From a virus (lineage: Duplodnaviria > Caudoviricetes), in IMG/VR virus record IMGVR_UViG_3300045107_000065, positions 1 to 37,147 of that record: a DNA stretch of 37,147 nt; one strand, 5' to 3'. Both the position numbers and the translations under genes were made by a program. Each line of letters opens with the position of its first letter. The first letter of the stretch is position 1. Below the pieces are notes generated by a model, which saw nothing but the letters and a program-made list of their open reading frames with translations, was not told the origin of the DNA and did not search any database. This document shows, piece by piece, positions 1 through 8,025 of this stretch.

Positions 1-353
1 GTCGGGTTAAACCCTTCGACCAGCGAGGTGAGGCTTGAAAGGTCGAGGTAACCTCCCACGGTCGGGTTAAACCCTTCGACCAGCGAGGTGAGGCTTGAAA
101 GGTATAGGCTCCCGCCCACAGTCGGGTTAAACCCTTCGACCAGCGAGGTGAGGCTTCCAAGGTATAGGCTCCCGCCCACGGTCGGGTTAAACCCTTCGAC
201 CAGCGAGGTGAGGCTTCCAAGGTATAGGCTCCCGCCCACGGTCGGGTTAAACCCTTCGACCAGTGAGGTGAGGCTTGAAAGGTATAGGCTCCCGCCCACG
301 GTCGGGTTAAACCCTTCGACCAGCGAGGTGAGGCTTCGAAGGTCGAGGCTCCC
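1..353. repeat. 60-bp coding tandem repeat, about 6 copies
   Basis: Unit GTCGGGTTAAACCCTTCGACCAGCGAGGTGAGGCTT... starts at 1, 61, 121, 181, 241 and 301; variation is confined to a few positions. Confidence 0.97.
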
Positions 354-425
354 CTCAATTTTAGTTCTCCCGAAAAACTGATCTTCGGTGAGATTATACT
401 TGTCGCAGAATTGTTTGACTGTCAT
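1..425 (-). CDS. LRR-like repeat protein, 3'-partial (runs off the left edge)
   Basis: Absent from the ORF track because there is no stop in the window. ATG at 425 reads MTVKQFCDKYNLTEDQFFGRTKIEGSLDLRSLTSLVEGFNPT, then 20-aa units VGGSLYLxSLTSLVEGFNPT to the edge. Confidence 0.85.
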   Translation of the reverse strand, partial: MTVKQFCDKYNLTEDQFFGRTKIEGSLDLRSLTSLVEGFNPTVGGSLYLSSLTSLVEGFNPTVGGSLYLGSLTSLVEGFNPTVGGSLYLGSLTSLVEGFNPTVGGSLYLSSLTSLVEGFNPTVGGYLDLSSLTSLVEGFNP

Positions 426-440
426 AATTGATTGATTGAG

Positions 441-510
441 TTGCGATCGCCGGAATCGAACCGGGCCCCCAGGTTATGAGCCTGGTGTGCGGCCATTACA
501 CTACCTCGCA
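441..510 (-). tRNA. tRNA with CAT anticodon (Met/Ile2), degenerate or possibly pseudo
   Basis: TGCGAGG-TA-GTGT AATGGCC GCAC-A-CCAGG CTCATAA CCTGG-GGGC-CCGG TTCGATT CCGG-C-GATCGCA-A. D, anticodon and T arms pair; acceptor pairs 6-7 are mismatched; no encoded CCA. Confidence 0.75.
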
Positions 511-562
511 AAGTGCCGGGGCTGGTGTAACCCCGGACTAACGATTGCTTGCATATAAAGAA

Positions 563-730
563 CTAAGAGTTGTATATATCGGCTTCGTCAAAGCCAATAG
601 AATCCTTTCCGAACCAACGTGAGTCCTCAATGAGTTTGCGTTCTTTCCGGGTCATTATCCGGTCAAGAACAAGCGCAACGCAGATCATTGCTGCGGCGGC
701 TGCTCCGAGAATTATCAGAACTGTTTTCAT
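563..730 (-). CDS. small membrane protein (55 aa)
   Basis: Manual translation MKTVLIILGAAAAAMICVALVLDRIM...; hydrophobic N-terminus; ATGA-coupled to the upstream ORF. Confidence 0.6.
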   Translation of the reverse strand: MKTVLIILGAAAAAMICVALVLDRIMTRKERKLIEDSRWFGKDSIGFDEADIYNS

Positions 731-870
731 CGGGTACGTCGGTTTTTCAGGTTGATAATTTTCGCCTTTCTTATCTCCCGATCTCTCTCACGAAGGCTTG
801 TTTTTGGCCATATATATACTATCCCAATAAGGACGAGTATATACCAGCAGTCAGTTAGGTATTGAGTCAT
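727..870 (-). CDS. small membrane protein (47 aa)
   Basis: Manual translation MTQYLTDCWYILVLIGIVYIWPK...; one TM-like segment and a basic tail; ATGA overlap at 727-730. Confidence 0.55.
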   Translation of the reverse strand: MTQYLTDCWYILVLIGIVYIWPKTSLRERDREIRKAKIINLKNRRTR

Positions 871-871
871 T

Positions 872-1081
872 TCAATAAGATTTTACGTCGTTGATCCAGG
901 AATGTTTTTTGCATGAGTTCTCCGGTGCTGATCTGAATAGTGAAGGAACCGGGAACAATCTTTCAAACTATTGCCTCGGAATCCTAACGCCTTTAAGCAC
1001 ATAGAACCCCTGACCACCCTCAATCACAAACCTTGTCTGCTCCTGCTTTTGCTTATTCTTTAAAATCTGCGAGATGGTCAT
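872..1081 (-). pseudogene. small ORF with one in-frame TAG
   Basis: MTISQILKNKQKQEQTRFVIEGGQGFYVLKGVRIPRQ*FERLFPVPSLF...KSY*; TAG at 968-970; the frame continues to a TGA 1 nt before the next ATG. Confidence 0.5.
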
Positions 1082-1132
1082 TTGTTATTGATTGTTGTTC
1101 GTAGTATTCCTATTGCAATACGGGGCAATGGG

Positions 1133-1348
1133 TTATACTTTTGCCCTAATCTTCTCGATACTCTTTAGAGAGCCTGACCCAACAGCAAGTATTCTGTTTA
1201 AAACCACCCTATCCATTCCAAGGGAAATCGCGCAATCCACTTCCGTGTCAAATTTTTCTCGGTATGCCTTCAGGCGGGATAATTCCCGATGCGTGAGTTT
1301 CACGCTTTTGGGCGGCTTGATCTGAAGGGCTTGATTCTCGTTTGTCAT
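1133..1348 (-). CDS. Cro-like HTH DNA-binding protein
   Basis: 71 aa; TEVDCAISLGMDRVVLNRIL resembles a helix-turn-helix; first gene of the leftward unit beside the divergent region. Confidence 0.55.
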   Translation of the reverse strand: MTNENQALQIKPPKSVKLTHRELSRLKAYREKFDTEVDCAISLGMDRVVLNRILAVGSGSLKSIEKIRAKV

Positions 1349-1385
1349 TAATTGCTTGTGTTTGTTTTGTTAAATAAAGGTAAGG

Positions 1386-1441
1386 TTGCAAAATGCAAAC
1401 TCCAAATAAAATGCAAACTTTTTTATTGTAAAATGCAAACT
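1386..1441. promoter_or_regulatory. operator-like repeats in the divergent control region
   Basis: AAAATGCAAACT at 1390, 1408 and 1430; palindrome TTGCAAAATGCAA at 1386-1398 and near-copy TTGTAAAATGCAA at 1426-1438. Confidence 0.6.
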
Positions 1442-1618
1442 TTCGAAAATAGTCAACGAAATGGCAACAATATTGGATATTATCCAATAGAAGACATGGA
1501 GCGTTTGATAAAAGAGATACAAAAGCGCATTATGGCTCTCAAAATCGTCATCTATCATTTAACGCCCTATTTTGAACGAACGGGCGACCAGCCGACATTT
1601 TCACGCAAACGGGGGTAA
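1433..1618 (+). CDS. small hypothetical protein
   Basis: Part of ORF 1352..1618; start uncertain (1433 or 1496); followed directly by a terminator. Confidence 0.4.
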   Translation: MQTFENSQRNGNNIGYYPIEDMERLIKEIQKRIMALKIVIYHLTPYFERTGDQPTFSRKRG

Positions 1619-1622
1619 TTTC

Positions 1623-1643
1623 AGGGGGCTTCGGCCCCTTTTT
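1623..1643 (+). terminator. intrinsic terminator
   Basis: AGGGGGC-TTCG-GCCCCTT hairpin with a T tract. Confidence 0.8.
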
Positions 1644-1679
1644 GGTAAAACCCCTATTTCAAATTCCATCTTCACAGTG

Positions 1680-1687
1680 TAGCTTTG
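1680..1687 (+). promoter_or_regulatory. Bacteroidota-type -7 promoter box
   Basis: TAGCTTTG matches TAnnTTTG, 15 nt before the ATG at 1703. Confidence 0.5.
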
Positions 1688-1702
1688 TAAAAACACCTTA
1701 CC

Positions 1703-2098
1703 ATGAAGCTTATTTTACTACTTATCTTGCCGGCTTTCACATTCGCCCAGCCGAAAAACGCTAAGACAATAATCGTTAAGCACGCAACATTCTTGCAGGT
1801 CTGCGGCGCCATCCTGGATAACGGTTACACGATCGACAAAAAAGATAACGATTTGCAAACCGTTAGAACCGAATACCGGGAATACGACAAACTTTGGAAT
1901 ATGACATATTGCATTAACGTGAGGGTGAAAGACTCCACGGCGTATATTACCGGCATGCTCGGCGGATCCCTTTCCGGTGAGCCAATTTTTAATCAAACTA
2001 AAAACGGGGAAACGGCTCCCAAAAGCTTATTCGGCTACGGGTTCCTGAAGATGAAAGCCTTCGCAGAGTCTCTTAAAGGCGAAATTTCTTACGAATAA
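1703..2098 (+). CDS. secreted hypothetical protein
   Basis: Signal peptide MKLILLLILPAFTFA|Q; has its own promoter box; opposite strand to the rest of the phage. Confidence 0.8.
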   Translation: MKLILLLILPAFTFAQPKNAKTIIVKHATFLQVCGAILDNGYTIDKKDNDLQTVRTEYREYDKLWNMTYCINVRVKDSTAYITGMLGGSLSGEPIFNQTKNGETAPKSLFGYGFLKMKAFAESLKGEISYE

Positions 2099-2106
2099 TT
2101 ATAATC

Positions 2107-2325
2107 ATGAAGCGAATTATATTATCGGCGGTTATCTGCATCATCCTTTTGTCCTGCTCTAAAAAGAGCGGCATGAAGTGCTGGCGTTGCACGCTCAATC
2201 TTCCGCCTCAACAAACTGGATGCCCGGCCACAAAAGACGTATGTAGCCCCGACGGGAAGATACCTAAAGGCACTTTCTTAGATTGTTATGGTAACGATGT
2301 CGGAGGGGTCTGCACGGAAAAATAA
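2107..2325 (+). CDS. small Cys-rich lipoprotein
   Basis: Lipobox LLSC followed by SKK; six more cysteines. Confidence 0.75.
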   Translation: MKRIILSAVICIILLSCSKKSGMKCWRCTLNLPPQQTGCPATKDVCSPDGKIPKGTFLDCYGNDVGGVCTEK

Positions 2326-2351
2326 ACCCCCGGCCAGGAATGGCCAGGGGG
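2320..2351 (-). terminator. terminator ending the late operon (possibly bidirectional)
   Basis: Minus strand CCCCCTGGCCA-TTCC-TGGCCGGGGG followed by TTTATTTTT, between convergent genes. Confidence 0.7.
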
Positions 2352-2374
2352 AAATCTACAACCATGAAGGAAAC

Positions 2375-2902
2375 TTAATGATTTATGAGCGATACTGCAA
2401 GCGTCTTACAGATCGATCCGTACCCGAGTAAAATAAAGTTGGCCCCCAGGTAATCCACCTCCTTATTGAGCTTCTTTTTTATCGGCGTATAAGACGTTTT
2501 GTCTTTTAATTCGCTCCAATCCATATCGGTAATATAGTCGGAGCCTATCGCTATCATGTGGTGATAAAGGTTAGAACCCGCATCATTGGCCTCTGTTATC
2601 CACTTGTGGGGGTCATTGATGATGTAGCATCCAATCAATGTCATTACCACCGGAATATTGTCTTTCGTCGTCACCGTGAACGGTCTGGTCTCAATGGTCT
2701 CCGGCTTGACCAAACACTTGTGAGATTCGTTAATCGGATACGGCCACTTGAAATTTATTCCTGTTTTCATCGTGCGGCCATAGTCACCCCATTTAAGAAT
2801 AACGCCACCCTCATATTTCCTCAATAATACAATCGGGGAAATATAATCATTCCACTTGGTTTGTATCCACTCCAGCGATTGTATGAGAAAATTTGAGTCC
2901 AT
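2375..2902 (-). CDS. SPFH/Band 7 (stomatin-like) domain protein
   Basis: YEGGVILKWG...GINFKWP...TVTTKDN...Y.I.DP pattern; start at 2902 preferred because of the TAATG overlap. Confidence 0.75.
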   Translation of the reverse strand: MDSNFLIQSLEWIQTKWNDYISPIVLLRKYEGGVILKWGDYGRTMKTGINFKWPYPINESHKCLVKPETIETRPFTVTTKDNIPVVMTLIGCYIINDPHKWITEANDAGSNLYHHMIAIGSDYITDMDWSELKDKTSYTPIKKKLNKEVDYLGANFILLGYGSICKTLAVSLINH

Positions 2903-3171
2903 TATTTTTTCACCGGCTCCCAATAAACTTTTACGCGCCCATTATTAATATAGGTTCCCCGTTTGATCTTACCATCTTTCAGCAATTTGGCCACAATTTC
3001 CCCGGCTCTTGCCCTTTTCACCCCGAACTGCTTTTCAATGTCCGACATAACAAAAGAGTTTTCGGGTCGATCCCTTTTCACGCCTACCGCCTGCTCCAGC
3101 CAGGCGGCTAAATTCTGTTTGCTCATGCTATTGAGTATTTTTACTGATTTGGGTGAGTGTTTTGTTTTCAT
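2902..3171 (-). CDS. small basic protein, possible winged-HTH
   Basis: MSDIEKQFGVKRARAGEIVAKLLKDGKI; start at 3171 from the ATGA overlap. Confidence 0.55.
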   Translation of the reverse strand: MKTKHSPKSVKILNSMSKQNLAAWLEQAVGVKRDRPENSFVMSDIEKQFGVKRARAGEIVAKLLKDGKIKRGTYINNGRVKVYWEPVKK

Positions 3172-3989
3172 TTGGGTGAACTTGATAAAATGAACCTCCT
3201 TTGCTTTATACCAATCTTCGACTTCCTCTTCCTCCCAACGGCTCCGCAGTTTTCGCACCGGAATTGCTCATAGGCGTTAACGGTGGTATAATACATCCCT
3301 CCGAGTTCTGTCAGATTACCAGATCCGCATGATGGACACCGAAACCCGTTTTCGTCCAGTATGAATAATCCTACGTTCGGATGGGGTTTTATCCACGGCC
3401 TAAGCCTTAGATACGTCTCTTCCAGAATCCTTACGTCCTGAATATTGTAGTTCTCCATTCTTTGTAAGGCCTTCACGTCTCCCTCGTAACACTTATTCCA
3501 CATCTCCTTCTCCGTCTTCTGCTTTCTCGGAAGGTTTAGAATGTGGTTTACGAAATCTAGCTTGTTATGAGAAAAGGCAAACCGCTTCCTGATCGTCTTT
3601 AAAGTGTCGATCGAGTCATATGGAGCAGGCGGGTTTAGTCCGTTAATAATAAACCTACTGTTCAGCCTGGGAATATCGAACTTGTCGCCATTGTGGGCTA
3701 TGACCACATCGGCCTCATCGAGCAGCGACCAAACCGATTTCATGATTCTCTTGTCATCCTGCTTTAACGCTTCTTTCGACGTTAATCGTGCGCTGTACAC
3801 CTTCTTATCAAAGAGCCATTTTGCCGCCCAGGTGAAACAAAACCATTCATTAAGTATCTGGCTTTGTGAAATATTCTGATTCCACACATCCCATACATAG
3901 CTTCTTAGCGGGGCTGTTTCTATGTCAAGGACGAGGATTTTTCCAGCTACAATTCTTTCAATCTCGCCGGCTATTTTTCCTTTAATCAT
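3168..3989 (-). CDS. RNase H-like/DEDD 3'-5' exonuclease with C-terminal Zn ribbon
   Basis: LDIET, AHNGDKFD, IDTL and YNIQDV motifs; CPSCG...CENCG. Confidence 0.85.
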   Translation of the reverse strand: MIKGKIAGEIERIVAGKILVLDIETAPLRSYVWDVWNQNISQSQILNEWFCFTWAAKWLFDKKVYSARLTSKEALKQDDKRIMKSVWSLLDEADVVIAHNGDKFDIPRLNSRFIINGLNPPAPYDSIDTLKTIRKRFAFSHNKLDFVNHILNLPRKQKTEKEMWNKCYEGDVKALQRMENYNIQDVRILEETYLRLRPWIKPHPNVGLFILDENGFRCPSCGSGNLTELGGMYYTTVNAYEQFRCENCGAVGRKRKSKIGIKQRRFILSSSPK

Positions 3990-3990
3990 G

Positions 3991-4452
3991 TCAATATCTT
4001 AATACGCCGATAATTGAGGATTGGGGGCGCGTTTTCCTGCACACCTCGTATCCTTCCCTAGACCCCGTATCGTTCGTGTTTCCCTCTATTGTGTGTAGAG
4101 TATTACCCTCTACCGATTCAATGATTCCGGTATGACCGAGTCCTTTTCCGTGATCCATGATGAATATATCCCCTCTCTGAAAGCCCTGAACGTGGCCGAC
4201 CTGCGACCTTCTTCTATTCCAGTGATCCAGCACGCCCCCGGTCCTGAATAGCGGATTCGGCACGCCCATTTGGTGAGCCGCCTGATCGAAACACCAGTGA
4301 ACAAAAGCCATACACCAGGGGGCGGGAAAGTTAATCCCCACGGATGCGAGATACGTTTTCACCGGTTCACCCCAATTTGATCCATGGGGGACTTCTTGTT
4401 TTCCAAGCTGGGAAATAGCTATTTCGATTGCCTTTTCACTTAAATCACTCAT
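3991..4452 (-). CDS. endolysin, CHAP-domain amidase/peptidase
   Basis: PWCMAFV (Cys), GHTGII (His) and TIEGNT motifs; in the lysis cluster. Confidence 0.9.
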   Translation of the reverse strand: MSDLSEKAIEIAISQLGKQEVPHGSNWGEPVKTYLASVGINFPAPWCMAFVHWCFDQAAHQMGVPNPLFRTGGVLDHWNRRRSQVGHVQGFQRGDIFIMDHGKGLGHTGIIESVEGNTLHTIEGNTNDTGSREGYEVCRKTRPQSSIIGVLRY

Positions 4453-4790
4453 AAGAATTGAAAGATTACTGATAAAATGGCGAGAGAATATTTCGCGTAC
4501 TTCAAAAAGGGATATTTCCTTTGCAGTTTGTCAAGCTGGCTCGTATCTCCCACGTAGTCCCACTTCTGACCCATGGTGAGGGCGAATAGAATGTCAAACA
4601 GGGTCCATCCGAGGAATACCCACATCGGTAAGGACTCAAGCCCGCCGATGATCGTCAGAACCGTGGCAACCCCGGCTGCATACCATGCCTCTTTGTTATG
4701 GTCAACCTTTTCTCCTTTCTCCCATTTGTTATAATCAACAACGAGCTTCGCCACAATAGCGGCAACGAATACGATTACTGCAAGGATCAT
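4449..4790 (-). CDS. membrane protein
   Basis: Several hydrophobic segments; coupled within the lysis cluster. Confidence 0.7.
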   Translation of the reverse strand: MILAVIVFVAAIVAKLVVDYNKWEKGEKVDHNKEAWYAAGVATVLTIIGGLESLPMWVFLGWTLFDILFALTMGQKWDYVGDTSQLDKLQRKYPFLKYAKYSLAILSVIFQFL

Positions 4791-5020
4791 TTTTCATAGT
4801 ATTGAATGATGAAATAAGCGATTGTTGCAGCAAGGCATATCCCCGCGAATACAAGATGTCCTACGCTCCATGTCTTTTTGTTACTGTACTGCGGGCCTCT
4901 TTGAAGGTCCTGTTGAACGCTTCCACTATTGCGGGCTTTGATCGCAAGGATCATAAACCACACAAACCCTAGTCCCGTTAATACGGGTACTAATCCCGAA
5001 CCGTTAAAAATGTTTATCAT
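4787..5020 (-). CDS. two-TM membrane protein
   Basis: Two hydrophobic helices; ATGA coupling. Confidence 0.7.
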   Translation of the reverse strand: MINIFNGSGLVPVLTGLGFVWFMILAIKARNSGSVQQDLQRGPQYSNKKTWSVGHLVFAGICLAATIAYFIIQYYEK

Positions 5021-5514
5021 GATTTTTTATTTAAACTTATTTTACCCAAAACGATTCCCAAAATGCCCGCAGCCACCAGCCACCACCAGGGAAGTATATT
5101 GACCTTATGCTCGACCGTTTTCGTCCTCGTTTCGACTCTCACGGAATCCTTTGTCTTCATTCTGATTACCGAGTCAAGGGTGTGCCTTAAAACCGAGTTT
5201 TCGGCCTGTGTTCGGGCCAGCTTAAGCGATACCGACTTAACCTCGCCTTCTATCGACTTCACAGATCCATCCGGCCTGTAAATTATCTTTACCGAACCCG
5301 TATCACGGAATTGTATGTTTTGCTCACTTAGCACCTGAATCAGGCTGTTATATGCGGCGGAATCCCTGATCCTTAAAAGATGCAGGCTGTCCCTCTCTCT
5401 GATCGCTGCGGAGTCCGCCTGAACCCTGTCAACATACCTTACGGACTTGCAGGAGACAAGCATCAGAATTTCACATATTATTACTAGCGCCCACGCTATT
5501 GCTACCGTTTTCAT
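5017..5514 (-). CDS. putative unimolecular spanin
   Basis: N-terminal lipobox LVSC plus C-terminal TM ILPWWWLVAAGILGIVLG; next to the holin. Confidence 0.6.
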   Translation of the reverse strand: MKTVAIAWALVIICEILMLVSCKSVRYVDRVQADSAAIRERDSLHLLRIRDSAAYNSLIQVLSEQNIQFRDTGSVKIIYRPDGSVKSIEGEVKSVSLKLARTQAENSVLRHTLDSVIRMKTKDSVRVETRTKTVEHKVNILPWWWLVAAGILGIVLGKISLNKKS

Positions 5515-5971
5515 TTGTTTTTATTTTATCTGCGGCCTCTGAAACCGGGTTTTTCTCGATACCGAACTTTAGAAGAGTCAGCACCGGCTTATATAGATAT
5601 TTTGAAAGCATACTTCTCTGATCGATCGCGTACAGGTTTTCAAGTATTGATGTAGCCTCGACGTAGATAATGAACATCATCAGGAACCCGGAAAACCCTC
5701 TAAGCATATTAGCATATTCGGGGATCCTCTTTGAGCCAAACCATAGGGCGACAACTGGAATAGAATACTGCATGAGCTTGGTGATCGTCTTTCGAAATCC
5801 CTCGCTAGTTCGCTCTTTCTTTTGAAATTTGGCCTTGGTGACCCCTGTTACCAGGTCTAAGAATACCATTGCCCCGACTACGGATAACAGGTCTAGGGAC
5901 GGCTTTGCTATGAAGTCCAGCCCCAATAATATTCCCGCCCACGCTATAGTAGCTCCTTTGATGTGAAACAT
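5471..5971 (-). CDS. holin (phage holin 4-like)
   Basis: DLVTG.....S.GFRKT..K...Y and E..SILENL motifs with 3 TM segments. Confidence 0.85.
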   Translation of the reverse strand: MFHIKGATIAWAGILLGLDFIAKPSLDLLSVVGAMVFLDLVTGVTKAKFQKKERTSEGFRKTITKLMQYSIPVVALWFGSKRIPEYANMLRGFSGFLMMFIIYVEATSILENLYAIDQRSMLSKYLYKPVLTLLKFGIEKNPVSEAADKIKTNENGSNSVGASNNM

Positions 5972-6027
5972 TTCATTAATTTTTATACTTGTCCAAAACG
6001 TTATTTTTTACCCGGGTTTGGCCGGGT

Positions 6028-7806
6028 TTACTGAATACCGAATTTTATAGGCGGCTGCCCCGTCTGCTCCGCCCCAAGGTCTGCGCCCGGCTGATTGAAT
6101 CCGGGAATATAGGCGGCCTTGCCTTGTCCCGGTGAACCAGGCGCGAGATAATATCCCGCCACGTTTAATGTGAGCGTAATCGCATTTAGATACTTCGGGG
6201 TGCCGGTAATCCTGTTAATGATCGTGAATGTCCCGTTAGTAGAGTTCGGGCTTAGCAGATCGTTATTAGATGTGCAATTCTGCCCGCCTCCCTGCCACAT
6301 GGCAATGGGAAGCCCACCCTTTCCCGTATATGCGCTTGTCCAGATATTGTTCATGCTGACGACGTTGGTAAGCGGGCCGCCGTTATCTACTATTCCCCCA
6401 TCAAGCCCGCGCGGATTATTGAATCCACTCTGCGTGGGTTGCAGCACAGTATTATGAAACAGATAAGTACGGCCACCGCGTACAGTAGCATCCTGGGAGC
6501 CGCACTTATTAAACGGGCCGCGATCTTCACTGTCAAGAGTGCCGTTTGAAACGCCGTGTAACCTTTGACCGACATTGGATATGTTATTGAAGATGTATAA
6601 GGGGCCAATTGCGCACGTAGCCGAGGCAATGCCCGTGAATGTGTTATTGACGAAGTTGTTATAAACCCTGACGTTCATTCCCCCGCCTTCCACCTCTATG
6701 GCATCATCCCAAATACCGTCAACCAGGTTCCCATAGATGTCCGAATCGGGGCCGGGGAAGCCTTGAGTGGTGAAATTGTCCGCCCCGCCGATACCGTCCA
6801 TAAACCGCCTGTTAGGATCGTCGGATTTAACCGTATTGTACCGTATCACGTTATTACCACCCGGCACTTCGAAGTTGATACCGTTGGGGCCTAGCGCATG
6901 CGTGCTTCCTGCATCCCAGCCCGAACCGGGGTCACGGCTATCATGAATCTTGTTTCGCTGTACGATGATCTGTTTTACGTTAGAGGCATTATAAGAAAGC
7001 CCCTTTATTCTCACCGCCGCCTGATTGTTTGAACCCATCCCCACATAACCCCATCCGGAAATATCGCATCCTTCAATAACCACGTGATGAGCGTTGGGGC
7101 CGATGACAATAGCGTCCTCGCCTGCTCCCGTTAGTGTCATACCTCTTATGATGACATACGGCGCGTTAATATAGATATTGTTCGTACCGCCGTTTATCGA
7201 ACCCGTGAAAACTTTATATCCGGATGCCGTACCTCCGCTTGAAATAGTCGTCGGGCTTGTCAGGTTGGTTATAGAAGCCACAGGGAATGTTTCGGACCAG
7301 GTACTTACTTTCAGGTAATTACTGTCCTTGCCGGCTGACAAAAGAACCTCGTAAGTAGAACCGGGAGACAGATATACAAGCGAACCCCTGTATTCCGGAG
7401 AGCGTCCCCCTATCGTCCGAGTGTCATAATATAGGGGCAACCCGTCCTTCCACGTTTGCGAGCCGGAAAGCCTGTATAATACATTACACGCTACCGAGCT
7501 TCCGCCTACACCACTCCAGTAAAGGCTGATGCTGTTAAATGTAGATACTGCGCTCACCTTACCCGAGGAAGGCGTTGAGGGGGGCGTGACCGGAGGGGTA
7601 ACGGGCGGAATTGTGGGGATTGTGTCCTTGACATAGATCGTATCATGAACGGTAATAAACCTTGTGACCGTATCACGGATAATAACTCTGCTTGTATCAA
7701 TTGGTTTGACCCTCTTAATGATCACTACCGCCGAATCCCTCAAGGGGTCAATTGTCTGCGCACTGGCGACGCTAGAGATCAGCAATAAAAAAAGTAGCTT
7801 TCTCAT
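6028..7806 (-). CDS. signal-peptide right-handed beta-helix protein (candidate polysaccharide depolymerase)
   Basis: MRKLLFLLLISSVASA|Q; Pro/Thr linker; Fn3-like segment; repeated N/I/V-rich rungs (VIRYN, DIYGN, DDAIEVEG, VYNN). Confidence 0.7.
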   Translation of the reverse strand: MRKLLFLLLISSVASAQTIDPLRDSAVVIIKRVKPIDTSRVIIRDTVTRFITVHDTIYVKDTIPTIPPVTPPVTPPSTPSSGKVSAVSTFNSISLYWSGVGGSSVACNVLYRLSGSQTWKDGLPLYYDTRTIGGRSPEYRGSLVYLSPGSTYEVLLSAGKDSNYLKVSTWSETFPVASITNLTSPTTISSGGTASGYKVFTGSINGGTNNIYINAPYVIIRGMTLTGAGEDAIVIGPNAHHVVIEGCDISGWGYVGMGSNNQAAVRIKGLSYNASNVKQIIVQRNKIHDSRDPGSGWDAGSTHALGPNGINFEVPGGNNVIRYNTVKSDDPNRRFMDGIGGADNFTTQGFPGPDSDIYGNLVDGIWDDAIEVEGGGMNVRVYNNFVNNTFTGIASATCAIGPLYIFNNISNVGQRLHGVSNGTLDSEDRGPFNKCGSQDATVRGGRTYLFHNTVLQPTQSGFNNPRGLDGGIVDNGGPLTNVVSMNNIWTSAYTGKGGLPIAMWQGGGQNCTSNNDLLSPNSTNGTFTIINRITGTPKYLNAITLTLNVAGYYLAPGSPGQGKAAYIPGFNQPGADLGAEQTGQPPIKFGIQ

Positions 7807-8024
7807 TTCTTTTTCCTCCTTATTAATGCTTCCTGCGTGACCGCTTCGAGCGTTCCCTTAACCAGGTTGTAATCTTTGGCTATCAGTTTATCCTCCAAAA
7901 ATTGCAATACCTTATTCATGTCCTTCACGGTTAATATCACCGTGGAATCCGTTAGCGTGGTGTCCTTCTGCGCACTGGCGGAAAGACTACCAAGAATCAA
8001 AAGCGAAAAGAGTAGTTTTTTCAT
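7803..8024 (-). CDS. small secreted protein
   Basis: Signal peptide MKKLLFSLLILGSLSASA|Q. Confidence 0.75.
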   Translation of the reverse strand: MKKLLFSLLILGSLSASAQKDTTLTDSTVILTVKDMNKVLQFLEDKLIAKDYNLVKGTLEAVTQEALIRRKKK

Positions 8025-8025
8025 A

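Noticed and set aside
1-353. CRISPR array
   Set aside because: Units are contiguous near-identical 60-mers with no unique spacers, and they encode an in-frame protein repeat.
88-381. Plus-strand 97-aa repeat ORF
   Set aside because: Antisense shadow of the minus-strand LRR-like gene, which has a proper start and matches the operon direction.
441-1081. Amber recoding with a suppressor tRNA
   Set aside because: The anticodon is CAT, long genes are intact in the standard code, and TAG ends several genes normally.
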